Positions 8,335 through 19,200 of a stretch of DNA of 64,000 bases are shown in pieces; the first letter of the stretch is position 1, and every line of letters starts with the position of its first letter. Below the pieces are notes generated by a model, which saw only the letters and a program-made list of their open reading frames with translations, searched no databases and was not told the origin of the DNA. Position numbers and translations under genes: made by a program. The stretch covers positions 1 to 64,000 of the forward strand of contig CAWDWO010000030.1 in assembly GCA_963806035.1 (NCBI GenBank). Reading direction: 5' to 3'. The DNA comes from Candidatus Krumholzibacteriota bacterium. Lineage in GTDB: Bacteria; Krumholzibacteriota; Krumholzibacteriia; JAJRXK01.

Positions 8335-11076
8335 CTATCGTGCCAAAAGCATCTTGTGGCTGCTGCTGAACGTTCCCGCGTGCATGGAATAGAAGTAGAC
8401 CCCGCTTGCCACGTTCCTGCCGCGGGCGTCCTTTCCCCTCCAAGTCACTTCGTGCTCGCCGGCCACATACTGCTCGTGCACCAGGGTCTTCACCAGCCTG
8501 CCGCTCACGTCGTAGACCTCGATCTCGACCTGGCTCGGCTGGGGAAGTGAGAAGCGGATGACGGTGGCTGGATTGAAGGGGTTCGGCGAGTTCTGACTCA
8601 GCTGATACGAGTGCGAGGAGATCTCCGGGGCCGCCGTGATATCCCCGAAGACCAGGTGAACGTACTCGGGATGGTCGATGTAGGGATTGCGATTCAGCTG
8701 GTATTCGTAGATCGCGGCGTTGCGCTGCAGCTCCTTCAAGCTGACCGGATCCTCGTCGTTCCATTCCAGCAGCATCGAGAGGGCCCACGGTAGAATATCG
8801 GCACCCTCGACCATGGGGCTGCCGGGCCAGCCCGCGTCTTCGGTGTAGTAACGCGTCGACATGTAAAAATAGGTTCGCGCGAGGTCGCCCTTGTACGCGT
8901 CGATGGGTTCGAAGACGGTACCTGAGTATCCGGGATAGACGCAGGGTCCCAACTTACTTCCATTGAGCGAAGTCCACTGAGGCACGGCGACCTCGCCGTA
9001 GGGATAGTTTCCCCGGTGGCCGTTGACGTCCGCGTCGCATGGGTAGAGCGCGAAGATGTCGGTGTACATGGGAGACACTTCTCCCCCGAACCAGCTCTTG
9101 GGCCAGGAGTGCTCGCGGGTGTAGCCGGTGCCCTCGCTGCCGCCAGTGCCCCCCTGGTCCACTCCCAAGGTGTATTCGTAGGGCGGCGTTCCTCCGGGAA
9201 CGTCGGAGTAGATGTCCCACACCTTGCCGTTGGGCTTTACGTCGGTCGTGTAGTACGCCGACCAGACGAAGTCGTAGCTGTGAGCCTGGTGGTCGTCGAT
9301 GATGGCATGGAGCGCGGCGCGCAAGTTCTCGCCAACCAGGCCGTGTGCGCTGTCATAGTAGCCCGCGGGAGGTCCATAGTCGGCATAGTCGTAGGGCTTG
9401 GAAGTCGACGCGATTGCATTTCCAAAGAGATCCTCGACTCCATCCACCGTCAAGGAGTACGAGCCCTCGGACATGGTGCTCACGGTCAAATTGACACTGC
9501 TGAAATCACTCGGGTCGCGCTGCGCCGCGCTGACCGTCAATCCTGAAATCGTGTAGTGAGCAGCGAGTCCCGCTGAAATTGGATCGACCGACTCGGTGAA
9601 GGTGACGATCACCGTGGTCGCGTTGGGAGCCGAGACCGATATGATGGACGGAGCCGTGGGGTCGTTCACGAACACCAAGTCCCCGAGATCGCGCGGTTGG
9701 ATGCGGTAGATCCCGTTGGCCTCCATGAGAACGCCAGTGAGGTCGTATACCGTTCCCAAAGTCACGCTCGAGGGAAACGCCAACTCGCCCACCAGGCACT
9801 CTCCACTGCCGTCATCCGCGGCCCACGCTCCCCCGCGATCGGTGTCGGTGCACATGACGCCCGAAAGTTGAACCGTCACACCCTCGAGGTCCTCCCGCGA
9901 AACCGTTCCGCTCGTCGCGCTCGTAGCGGCGGGAATCGCGCTACCGGAGACTCGGCTCAGAACCAGGGGCTGACCGAGGAGCGTCGTTCCATAAAACCCG
10001 GCCGCCGAGGTCTCGCTAACCACGCCACGTACCAAAACCGAATCGCCCAAGGTGTACGGAGCGGTGCCGCTCACCCACACCCCGTTCCACGACCCGGGGC
10101 CGTCTTGGAGGACGGAATAATCTCCGATGAATGCGGCCACGACCCCCGAGGTGACCACGGGCTGTCCGGCGAGGAGCGAGCTCGATTGCTCGGACTGGAT
10201 CTCGTGAATGGTGGCCGTCGTGGGAACCTGAAAGCTATAGCTCGAGGTCTCGATGGCAGCGGGGACATCGTTGGCGGCAGCCACCCGGTAGTAGACCGTC
10301 GAGCCCGCGGGCTGAGCAGGAATGGGGTTCTGTGTCTGATAAAAGTCCCCATAGTACGGCACCATGGTGATCTGATTGGGCAACACACTCGAAGACGTTC
10401 CCCATGCGAGGGTGACCGAAGTGATCGTCGCGATCTCGTCGGTGACCATGGCCTGCACGTAGACATCATCCCCCGGCAGTGGGGCGGATGGTTCGCTGGC
10501 CACCGCGGAGATGCTGGGCGTGTGCACGGGAGGGACGGTGCTGTGCGTCCCGGGACTTCCCTGGCTGGGATAGTCGACCGGCGTGGCGTTCCATTCGTTG
10601 GGATCAAAGGAAGTGTTGGGCGAGGTGATCCCCTCGGCGCGGACGTAGTCCGAGTTTTCGAAGCGTGTGGCATCGACCACCACGTAGTCCACGATCGTCG
10701 AGCTGGCGTCGACCAGCTTGGCCCCGTCCCCGACCTTGCCGTTCCACAGTCCGTCGTTATCCGACCAGGCTTCATCAGCGAAGTCCACGGTGAACACGTC
10801 GACCGTCGTGGCGTCCCCCATGACCAGCGCATCGCCGGCGGCAATCGTGCCGCTCAGCTGCCAGGTGAATTCGTCTCCGCCGTTGCCGACGGCCACCACT
10901 GACCAACCTGTGAGATCGACCCCGGTCTCCCCGGAGTTGTAGATCTCGATGAAGCGGTCCGAGGTGTAATTGAGGCGAGGATCGCAAAGTTCGGAGATGA
11001 AAACATCCGCGCGGGCAGCGCGGGCGATGAGGAGCAGACCCATCATCGCAAGTGGGAGAACGAGAGCGCGGCGCAT
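8335..11076 (-). CDS. Secreted endonuclease I family protein with lamin-tail/OB/Ig domains and FlgD-Ig/T9SS-like C-terminus
   Basis: GGAGG RBS before MRRALVL; TREHSWPKSW, KGDLARTYFYM and NRNPYIDHPE nuclease motifs; QNSPNPFNP...SGVYFY C-terminal domain. Confidence 0.9.
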   Translation of the reverse strand: MRRALVLPLAMMGLLLIARAARADVFISELCDPRLNYTSDRFIEIYNSGETGVDLTGWSVVAVGNGGDEFTWQLSGTIAAGDALVMGDATTVDVFTVDFADEAWSDNDGLWNGKVGDGAKLVDASSTIVDYVVVDATRFENSDYVRAEGITSPNTSFDPNEWNATPVDYPSQGSPGTHSTVPPVHTPSISAVASEPSAPLPGDDVYVQAMVTDEIATITSVTLAWGTSSSVLPNQITMVPYYGDFYQTQNPIPAQPAGSTVYYRVAAANDVPAAIETSSYSFQVPTTATIHEIQSEQSSSLLAGQPVVTSGVVAAFIGDYSVLQDGPGSWNGVWVSGTAPYTLGDSVLVRGVVSETSAAGFYGTTLLGQPLVLSRVSGSAIPAATSATSGTVSREDLEGVTVQLSGVMCTDTDRGGAWAADDGSGECLVGELAFPSSVTLGTVYDLTGVLMEANGIYRIQPRDLGDLVFVNDPTAPSIISVSAPNATTVIVTFTESVDPISAGLAAHYTISGLTVSAAQRDPSDFSSVNLTVSTMSEGSYSLTVDGVEDLFGNAIASTSKPYDYADYGPPAGYYDSAHGLVGENLRAALHAIIDDHQAHSYDFVWSAYYTTDVKPNGKVWDIYSDVPGGTPPYEYTLGVDQGGTGGSEGTGYTREHSWPKSWFGGEVSPMYTDIFALYPCDADVNGHRGNYPYGEVAVPQWTSLNGSKLGPCVYPGYSGTVFEPIDAYKGDLARTYFYMSTRYYTEDAGWPGSPMVEGADILPWALSMLLEWNDEDPVSLKELQRNAAIYEYQLNRNPYIDHPEYVHLVFGDITAAPEISSHSYQLSQNSPNPFNPATVIRFSLPQPSQVEIEVYDVSGRLVKTLVHEQYVAGEHEVTWRGKDARGRNVASGVYFYSMHAGTFSSSHKMLLAR

Positions 11077-11271
11077 GATGCCTCCGGAGTCGACGGCCGA
11101 GAATCGGGGTTTTGGACCCTCCATTGATAGTCCGTGCGAAGCTAGGATACCACAGAAACTGAGTCTCGATGGGGCGCAGTCACTTGCGGAGTGCTTCAAG
11201 GATGTGGTCTACTCCCAGCATACCCCTGGCTCCCGGCCCGGGAATTCCCTCACAACTCTAGGCGGAATTCA

Positions 11272-11934
11272 GTGAGATCTTTGCGCACATCTTTGCCTTT
11301 CATCCGTTTTCTTTCGATCGTGGCCCTCGTCCTGGTCGCGGGGGTGGGTCTCGTCGCCACCCCTTCGCACGCCCAGGAAGTCACGGCCTTTCTCGGTGCT
11401 TCCGGCCCGGGCCTGGCAAGCATGTCCTTCAACAACATTGCCACTCCCGACGTGGGAAATGACAACTACGTGGGACTCTCACCCAATCAGCTCAACGTGA
11501 ATCAAAAGGCCTACGACACCGTGGGCTACATCGACATGGTCTTTCAAGTGAGCGACGTGGGAATGCCGGCCACCGAGTACGTGCTCAACGAGGGCGTCGC
11601 CAACAGCACCGGAGAGGACTGGTCCGACTATCACCTGGAGCTTGGCTTTGGAACCGGTGCCGGCTTCGTTCCCTCGACCGCGGGGGACGGTCTCGACTTC
11701 GACAGCCCCGACTACGATTCCCCCTACTCATTCGCTCCCTTCACTTCGATCACCTTCACTGAGGACACGATGGATGCCGTCGCGGGCACCGTCCCCAGCG
11801 GAAGCTTCTATGTCTTTTCCTTCCCCATTGACGTACCCGAGACGATCACCGAGTTCACGGTACGGCAGTGGCCGAGCGTGTCTCCGGTGGCGGCACCTTC
11901 CGCGAGCTTTGGCAAGGTCAAGTCGCAGTACTAG
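11272..11934 (+). CDS. Secreted protein with choice-of-anchor F-like domain and C-terminal SFGKVKSQY tail
   Basis: Signal peptide ending in SHA; LELGFGTGAGFVPSTAGDGLDF motif. Start (GTG 11272 or TTG 11281) uncertain. Confidence 0.7.
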   Translation: MRSLRTSLPFIRFLSIVALVLVAGVGLVATPSHAQEVTAFLGASGPGLASMSFNNIATPDVGNDNYVGLSPNQLNVNQKAYDTVGYIDMVFQVSDVGMPATEYVLNEGVANSTGEDWSDYHLELGFGTGAGFVPSTAGDGLDFDSPDYDSPYSFAPFTSITFTEDTMDAVAGTVPSGSFYVFSFPIDVPETITEFTVRQWPSVSPVAAPSASFGKVKSQY

Positions 11935-11957
11935 CCTGCGAGCCATCCCGCCCGAAC

Positions 11958-11999
11958 CCCTCCCGGGGCGGACTCGGTTTCGAGTCCGCCCCGGGAGGG
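11958..11999. terminator. Perfect 19-bp hairpin after the 11272-11934 gene
   Basis: CCCTCCCGGGGCGGACTCG-GTTT-CGAGTCCGCCCCGGGAGGG; weak U-tract. Confidence 0.55.
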
Positions 12000-12162
12000 C
12001 CCTTCCACTTTGGCCGCCCGGCTCAGGGTTCCTTCTTTCCCCAGAAAAATAAGTTCGGATCCCCTTTCTTTCACCGCTGGTCTTGCTGGGCTGGAGCGTT
12101 GGGTAGATTGTACGAGCAATTCACGACTGGGCCTCGGAGGCCGGGGCTTGCAGGGGGATCCC

Positions 12163-13392
12163 ATGAAGAAATTTGCGATTCCGGCTTTGCTGGTGGTCGT
12201 GGCTCTGATCGCGGCGGTCATGTTGCACAGACGCGGGGAGAAGGATGAGGCCTATCGCTTCGTCGAGCTGACGCGCGGGGACGTTCAGAGCACGGTGACC
12301 AGCACCGGAATCCTGCAGGCGATCAATACGATCCAGGTGGGAACGCAGGTCTCGGGCAAGGTTTCCGAGATCTACGTGGACTTCAACGACCACGTCAAAA
12401 AGGGCCAGCTCATCGCCCGCATCGACCCGACGCTCCTGGAGCAGGCGGTTCGACTCGCCGACGCCGATCTCGCCCGCGCCCGCGCGGGCCTGTCCGACGC
12501 CAAGCGGCAGTTCGATCGAAGCAAGGATCTCTACCAGCAAAAGGCCATCACAGAGAACGACTACAGTACCGCGGAGTACAATCTCGAGATTGCCAAGGCC
12601 GCTCTGGAGTCGGCGCAGGTCAACCTGGACCGCGCGAAGCAGAATCTCGCCTATACCGAGATCCGATCTCCCGTGGACGGGGTGGTGATTGATCGAACCG
12701 TCGACGTGGGGCAGACGGTGGCGGCCAGCCTCTCCGCGCCTCAGCTCTTCTTGATCGCCGAGGACCTGTCGAAAATGGAAATCCTGGCGTCGGTCGACGA
12801 GAGCGACATCGGGAAGATCCACGAAGGACAGTCGGTTCGGTTCACAGTACAGGCCTACCCCGACTCGAATTTCATCGGCACGGTGAAGCAGGTGCGGCTC
12901 AAGTCGACCATTCAGGAAAATGTGGTCAATTACGTCGTGTCCATTGCAGTGGCCAATCCCAGCGGTCGGCTTCTGCCGGGCATGACGGCTACCGTTGATT
13001 TCATCGTGGCGGAATCGAAAGACGTTTTGATGGTGCCCAACGCGGCGCTGCGTTTCCGGCCCACCGAGAAGATGCTGGCGGAGATGCGCAAGCAGCGCAG
13101 CAATGCCGCTGAAGGTGATAGTACCCGTACCGCGCAACGCCGCCGTCCGCGGGGAACCGGCTCGTCCGATCACGTGATGCTCTGGACCGTGGATGGGAAT
13201 GGACATCCCGCGCCTCTCTTCGCTCGCACCGGAATCTCCAACGGGCAGTACACCGAGGTCACCGGCCGCCGTCTGCAGGAAGGCATGCAGATCATCGCGT
13301 CGGTGGTGAGTTCTTCGGAAACCGGAGCTTCCTCGAATCCCTTCCAGGGAGAGCGGCGGGACTTTCGACGCGGGCCGCCTCCCGGCCTCTAG
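12163..13392 (+). CDS. Efflux periplasmic adaptor (MacA/HlyD family)
   Basis: [23 protein letters not shown] and LLPGMTA motifs; N-terminal membrane anchor. Confidence 0.9.
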   Translation: MKKFAIPALLVVVALIAAVMLHRRGEKDEAYRFVELTRGDVQSTVTSTGILQAINTIQVGTQVSGKVSEIYVDFNDHVKKGQLIARIDPTLLEQAVRLADADLARARAGLSDAKRQFDRSKDLYQQKAITENDYSTAEYNLEIAKAALESAQVNLDRAKQNLAYTEIRSPVDGVVIDRTVDVGQTVAASLSAPQLFLIAEDLSKMEILASVDESDIGKIHEGQSVRFTVQAYPDSNFIGTVKQVRLKSTIQENVVNYVVSIAVANPSGRLLPGMTATVDFIVAESKDVLMVPNAALRFRPTEKMLAEMRKQRSNAAEGDSTRTAQRRRPRGTGSSDHVMLWTVDGNGHPAPLFARTGISNGQYTEVTGRRLQEGMQIIASVVSSSETGASSNPFQGERRDFRRGPPPGL

Positions 13393-13402
13393 AGGTGGCA
13401 TT

Positions 13403-14157
13403 ATGAGTGAACATCCTGTCATCGAAGCCACCGATCTGGTGAAGACCTATCGCATGGGTAGCACCGAAGTGCACGCCCTGCGGGGAGTTTCCCTGCGAGT
13501 GGAAGCCGGAGAGATGATCGCGATCATGGGCTCCTCGGGATCGGGCAAGTCCACCTTGATGAACATCCTGGGCTGTTTGGATCGTCCCAGTTCGGGGAGC
13601 TATGTGCTCGAGGGAAAGCGAGTGGACGAACTGAGCCGCAACCGGCTGGCCGATATTCGCAACGAGAAGATCGGCTTCGTCTTTCAGACCTTCAATCTGC
13701 TGGCCCGGACCAGTGCGGCGGAGAACGTGGAGTTGCCGCTGCTCTACGACCGCTCGGAGCGACCCTGAAGCCGAGAGAGCTTGCCAGGGAAGCGCTGGCA
13801 CGGGTCGGTCTTGCCGATCGATTCGAGCACGAACCATCCGAACTCTCTGGCGGACAGCAACAGCGCGTGGCCATCGCCCGTGCTCTCGTCACCCGCCCTG
13901 CCCTGCTCCTGGCGGACGAGCCCACGGGGAACCTGGACACCAGAACCTCGCTGGAGGTCATGAGTCTGTTCCAAGAACTCAACCGCGAGGGGGCGACCAC
14001 CATTCTGGTGACGCACGAACACGACATCGCTGGCTATGCCCGGCGTACGGTCGAGCTGCGTGACGGTCGGATCGTGCGAGACGAGCCCGTTGTCCAACGC
14101 GACGCCGCGTCTGATCTCGCGGGACTGCCCAGCAACAACGGCGGAGGTGGCAGGTGA
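13403..14157 (+). pseudogene. MacB/LolD-type ABC ATPase split by a 1-nt frameshift near 13756 (pseudogene or sequencing error)
   Basis: Walker A GSSGSGKS lies in 13403-13768. [15 protein letters not shown] and VTH lie in the other frame, ending at 14157. Confidence 0.85.
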
Positions 14158-15371
14158 AAGGCACCAATCTCATTCGCATCGCCGGCCGCAGCCTCGTCAA
14201 GAACAAGACACGAGCCCTGCTGACCATGCTCGGCATCGTGATCGGAGTGGGCGCGGTCATCCTCATGGTTGCCATCGGACAGGGAGCGACCAAGCAGATC
14301 CAGACGACAGTGCAGGGGCTGGGCACCAACATGATCGTGATTACCCCGGGCGCGGTTTCGACCAGTGGGGTGAGTCAGGGCGCGCAGAGCTTCAATCGAC
14401 TCACGGTCGAGGATGCCGACCACCTTCGGCAGCAGAGTTTCATCCTATCCGCGATCTCGCCGGTCATAACAACTCGCAGTCAGATCGTGGGAGGGCACGG
14501 CAACTGGCGCGCCTTCATCTTCGGAGTCCACACCGACTACCAGATCATCCGCGACTGGCCTACCGAAGAGGGAGTCTTCTTCGATGCCAACGACATGAAA
14601 GCGATGCGCAAGGTTGTGGTGTTGGGAAAGACCGTGGCGGACAATCTTTTCGGCGACGAAGATCCCCTCCAGCAGCAGGTCCGTATCCGCAACGTTCCCT
14701 TTACGGTCATCGGAGTACTCGCGAGAAAGGGACAGACGGCGGGTGGGAACGACCAGGACGACGTCGTGCTCGCGCCTTACACCACGGTGCAAAACCGGCT
14801 CGCGGGACATCAGTTCATTACCCAGATCCTGGCCAGTACTTCCAGCCCCGGGGACATCGAGGCGGGGGAAGAGGAAGCGCGCGCCATCATGCGAGATTCG
14901 CATGGATTGCACCAGGGACAGGACGACGACTTCACGGTGCGCAATCAGGAGGATCTGGCCAAGACGGCGGCCAAGACGACGGAAGTCATGACTCTCCTGC
15001 TCTCGGCCATCGCCGGGATTTCGCTGGTGGTGGGCGGAATCGGCATCATGAACATCATGCTCGTCTCGGTGACCGAGAGAACCCGTGAGATCGGACTGCG
15101 CATGGCTCTCGGCGCGCGCGGCAGCGACATCCTCACCCAGTTTTTGGTCGAGAGCGTGGTACTGAGTCTGGCGGGAGGACTGATCGGTGTGGCGCTTGGG
15201 TTGGCGGGCGGTTTGATCCTGGCTTCCTTCACCGGCTGGGCCATCGCCATCTCCCCGGTGACGGTGCTCTTGGCCCTGGCCTTCGCGGCTTCCGTGGGGA
15301 TTTTCTTCGGGTTCTATCCGGCGCGTCGCGCCGCGGCGCTGGATCCCATCGAGGCGCTTCGATACGAGTGA
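14154..15371 (+). CDS. MacB/FtsX-family ABC permease
   Basis: [31 protein letters not shown] and DPIEALRYE motifs. Confidence 0.95.
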   Translation: MKGTNLIRIAGRSLVKNKTRALLTMLGIVIGVGAVILMVAIGQGATKQIQTTVQGLGTNMIVITPGAVSTSGVSQGAQSFNRLTVEDADHLRQQSFILSAISPVITTRSQIVGGHGNWRAFIFGVHTDYQIIRDWPTEEGVFFDANDMKAMRKVVVLGKTVADNLFGDEDPLQQQVRIRNVPFTVIGVLARKGQTAGGNDQDDVVLAPYTTVQNRLAGHQFITQILASTSSPGDIEAGEEEARAIMRDSHGLHQGQDDDFTVRNQEDLAKTAAKTTEVMTLLLSAIAGISLVVGGIGIMNIMLVSVTERTREIGLRMALGARGSDILTQFLVESVVLSLAGGLIGVALGLAGGLILASFTGWAIAISPVTVLLALAFAASVGIFFGFYPARRAAALDPIEALRYE

Positions 15372-15375
15372 TGAA

Positions 15376-15407
15376 AAGACCCCGCCTTCAAAAGAAAGCG
15401 GGGTCTT
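15376..15407. terminator. Probable bidirectional intrinsic terminator
   Basis: AAGACCCCGC...GCGGGGTCTT hairpin between convergent genes. Confidence 0.65.
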
Positions 15408-15447
15408 CGAATCGGGCCTAGTCGCCTAGGCCGGTGGGCACTTTAGG

Positions 15448-15732
15448 CTACCAGCGGTTTCCCCCGCCATTGCCTCCGCCGCCGCGCTTGGGGCGATCCT
15501 GAGCCTCGTTGACCCGAAGATCACGTCCCTCCATGTCCTTCCCGTTCAGGGCGGAAATGGCGGCCATTGCCGCATCATCGTCCATCTCCACGAATCCAAA
15601 TCCGCGGGGACGGCCCGTGTCGCGGTCGTTGATCAACGCTACCGAATGCACGTTTCCGTGCTTGCTGAACATCTCGGTGACGGCTGCTTCGGTGGCACTG
15701 AAGGGCAGATTGCCCACGTAAAGTTTCTTCAC
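15448..15732 (-). CDS. RRM-domain RNA-binding protein with Gly-rich tail
   Basis: RNP2 LYVGNL and RNP1 RGFGFVEM; GTG start with GGAGA RBS. Confidence 0.95.
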   Translation of the reverse strand: MKKLYVGNLPFSATEAAVTEMFSKHGNVHSVALINDRDTGRPRGFGFVEMDDDAAMAAISALNGKDMEGRDLRVNEAQDRPKRGGGGNGGGNRW

Positions 15733-16279
15733 AATCGTTATCTCCAAGAACCGGAAATGCCGGTTCATCTCAAGTGCTATCGGCCGTTCCGAGGATCGGA
15801 TGGGCCTTTGCACCCTAGTAATAGCCCAGCCGCTTGCTGGGCTTCATCCCCCTACTCAGGGGAATCAGCAACTCGGCTTGGCCGAGTAAACTCGCTCCGC
15901 AACTGCATGCGTTTTGTCTCGGTATCAGTGGGTCGAAAGATCCGTACTGGTCGAGGCCGTTGAATCCGACCCGCACAACAGAGGGGGCAAGAAGATCTGG
16001 GTTTGGCGTGCTGTCTCTGGAGAGACGCTGTTGTTCGCCGCGGCCACCTGGGACAGGACCGCTCGGGCACCAACTAAAGCAATTTGCGGGCCGACCGCCA
16101 GGTTTATTTGTTCCTGCCGCAAATTAGAAGTACCGGCCGCGAGGGGCCCCAAATTCGAGGGAACCCAATCCGTGGTGCTTCGTAGTCGATAGATCCTCCT
16201 CGCCCCGGACCCCGGGGCCGGCTAGGCTCTATCGTCGCCATTTGTCGTTGCTTCTGGACACTAATTGAAAGGGAATTCC

Positions 16280-19200
16280 ATGAGACCCCGATCCCGCGTT
16301 CTTGGGATGCTTGCCCTCCTGCTCTTGGGCATCCTCGCGTCTGGCTCCGCGCGGGCCGCGACCGAATACATTCAGACCTCCGATATCCATGGCGATGAGA
16401 TCGTCTTCATGGCGGAGGGCGATCTTTGGCTCGCCTCCACCAGTGGGGGGACGCCGCAGCGTCTGACGACTCATTTGGGATCGGAGTACTTCCCCGCTTT
16501 CTCACCTGACGGAAAGCAGATCGCATTTACCGGCTCCTACGACGGGAACAGCGATGTCTTCGTCATCCCGACGACGGGCGGAGAGCCCCAGCGGCTGACC
16601 TGGCACCCGGGCAGCGACCAGGTGGTGGGTTGGTGGCCGGACGGCAGCAAGGTGATTTTCCGCAGCAGCCGCAGCGACCCCAATCACACCTCTCATCTCT
16701 TCACCGTCGATCTCAAAGGCGGAGATCCGGTGGAATTGCCCCTGGGTTGGGCGGCGCGCATCGATGTCGATCCCAAGACAGGAATGTATGCCTTCGACCG
16801 TTCCACGCGCGAGTGGGCCACCTGGAAACGTTACCGTGGGGGGACCGCTTCGAACCTGTGGGTGGGGGATCCCAACAAGTCCGATTACAAGCAGATTACC
16901 AACTTCGCCGGGATGGACCTGTTTCCCATGTGGCATGACGGTCTCATCTATTTTCTGAGCGATCAGGGAGGCACGGCCAACATCTGGTCCATCAAACCGG
17001 ATGGCACCGATCGCAAGCGTCACACCGATTTCGGCAAGTGGGACGCGCGCTGGCCGGCGATGGGTCCTGATGGACGCATCGTCTTCACGCTGGCGGGGGA
17101 TCTCCACATCTTCGATCCGGCGACCGACAAGACGCAAAAGGTCGAACTCAATCTGCCTAGCGATCGCAAGTTGACGCGAACCCGCTACCCCAATGCCGAG
17201 AAAAACATGACGGAGTTCGCGCTCGCTCCCGACGGAGAGCGCGTGGCCGTGGTCACGCGAGGCGAGATCTTCTCGGTGCCGGTGAAGGAAGGGGTAACCC
17301 TGCCCATCACCCGCGGCACCGGCTCCCGCGAACGCGGCATGAGCTATGGACCCAAGGGAGAGAAGATCCTCTACATCACCGATGAGCCCCACGAGGACGA
17401 GTTCAGGATGGTCGACGCCTGGGGCCGGGGCGAACCCACGGTGGTGAAGAAGGCGGGCACCAAGACCTGGCACCGTCGTCCTTTGATGTCGCCCGACGGC
17501 AAGTGGATCGCCTGGGCCGACAATACCTTCACCCTCTTCGTGAAACCGGTTGATGGGGGCACGCCGCAAAAGGTCGATCACAGCGAGCTGTTTGAAATCG
17601 GAAACTACAGCTGGAGTCCGGACGGACGTTGGCTGGCCTACGACAAGCTGCTGCCCAACCAGTACACCTCGGTGTACATCTACGACACCAAGGAGAACAA
17701 GACCCACGAGATCACCGGTCCCACCACGACGGACTACAGTCCCACCTGGGATCCCGACGGACGATACCTCTACTTCATCAGCGATCGGGCCACCAATCCC
17801 TTGATCGGTGAGAACGACTACATCGACGTCGAGTTCAAGAACGACATGTTGTACATGGTGCTTTTACGCAAGGACGTGAAGGACCCCATGGCCAATCTGA
17901 ATGGCCTGCCTCCCGATGAGGACAAGGGTGACAAGGACAAGAAGGACGACAAGGGAAAGAAGGACGAGAAGAAAAAGGACGACGGGGACAAAGACAAAAT
18001 CGAACCGGTGAAGATCGACTTCGACGGTCTAGCCGAGCGCTTCGTCGAACTTCCCGTGGAACGCGGCAATTACTACGATCTTTCGGCCACCAGCAAGAAC
18101 CTCTTTTTCGTCTCTCGTCCGCGGAAAGGAATGGCCGAGAGCGGAGGGTTCTTCAGCAATCCCGAGCCCACGGACGTGCTGATGTCCTTCAGCCTGAAGG
18201 ACAAGGAGGCCGACACCTTCGTCGACGGCATCATGGCCTACGACCTGAATGCCAAAGCGGACAAGCTGGCCTTCATGAAGCGTAAGGGCAGTCTCTACGT
18301 GGTCGATACCGGCTCGGCCCCCAAAGATCTCAGCAAGGCCAAAGTCGATCTCTCCGGGCTCGTGGTCGAGCTGGATCCGCGCGAGGAGTGGAGCCAGATG
18401 TACTACGAGGCGTGGCGCCAAATGCGAGATTTCTACTGGGATCGCAACATGGGTGGAGTGGACTGGGAGGCCAAGCGCGACCAGTATGCCTCGCTGCTAC
18501 CCAAGCTCTCGAACCGCGGCGATTTGAGCGATCTCATCGGTCAGCTCTACGGTGAGATGGCCACTTCGCACACCTACGTATGGGGTGGAGATTCCGGAGT
18601 GAAGCTACCTCACGTGTCTACCGGCATGCTGGGTGCTGATCTGGCGCGCGAGGGTAAAGCTTACAAGGTCACGCGGATCTATCGCGCTGACGATGCCGAC
18701 CGCGTGCGTTCGCCGCTTCTGGAGCCGGGCGTGAACGTAACGGAGGGCGACTACATTCTGGCGGTCAACCGCAAACCCTTCGATGGACAGCACTCGTTCT
18801 ATGCTTCGATGGAAGAGCTGGCCGGCAAGTCAGTCCAGTTGACGGTCAACGATAAGCCCACGATGGATGGGGCGCGTGAGGTGACTGTCGTACCGATGGG
18901 GAGCGAGAGCGATCTGCGCTACGCGGATTGGGTGCGGCACAACCGCGAGTACGTGGCCAAGAAGACCGACGGCAAGATCGGCTACATCCACATCCCCGAC
19001 ATGGGGACGGACGGGATGATCGAGTTCAACACCTGGTTCTACCCGCAGCTCGACAAAGAGGGCATGGTCGTCGACGTGCGCTGGAATGGCGGCGGCTCGG
19101 TCTCCCAGATCATCCTCGACCGTCTGCGCCGCCACGTGCTGAGCTTCGATCGCAACTGGGGCGGAGGGATCTGGACCTATCCCGACAAGGTCCTCAACGG

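Noticed and set aside
13766..13768. TGA in the ABC ATPase as selenocysteine or read-through
   Set aside because: The in-frame continuation is not ATPase sequence. The conserved motifs resume in a different frame.
15776..15850. SAM-I riboswitch-like words on the minus strand (GATGAAGCCCAGCAA...GGTGC...GATAG)
   Set aside because: No matching 5' P1 (ATC-AGAG), GCAAGC instead of GCAACC, a competing perfect hairpin, and the downstream gene is unrelated to sulfur metabolism.
17915..18000. Repetitive GACAAG/AAGGAC tract
   Set aside because: It encodes the Lys/Asp-rich linker of the tricorn protease. It is not a CRISPR array or DNA repeat element.
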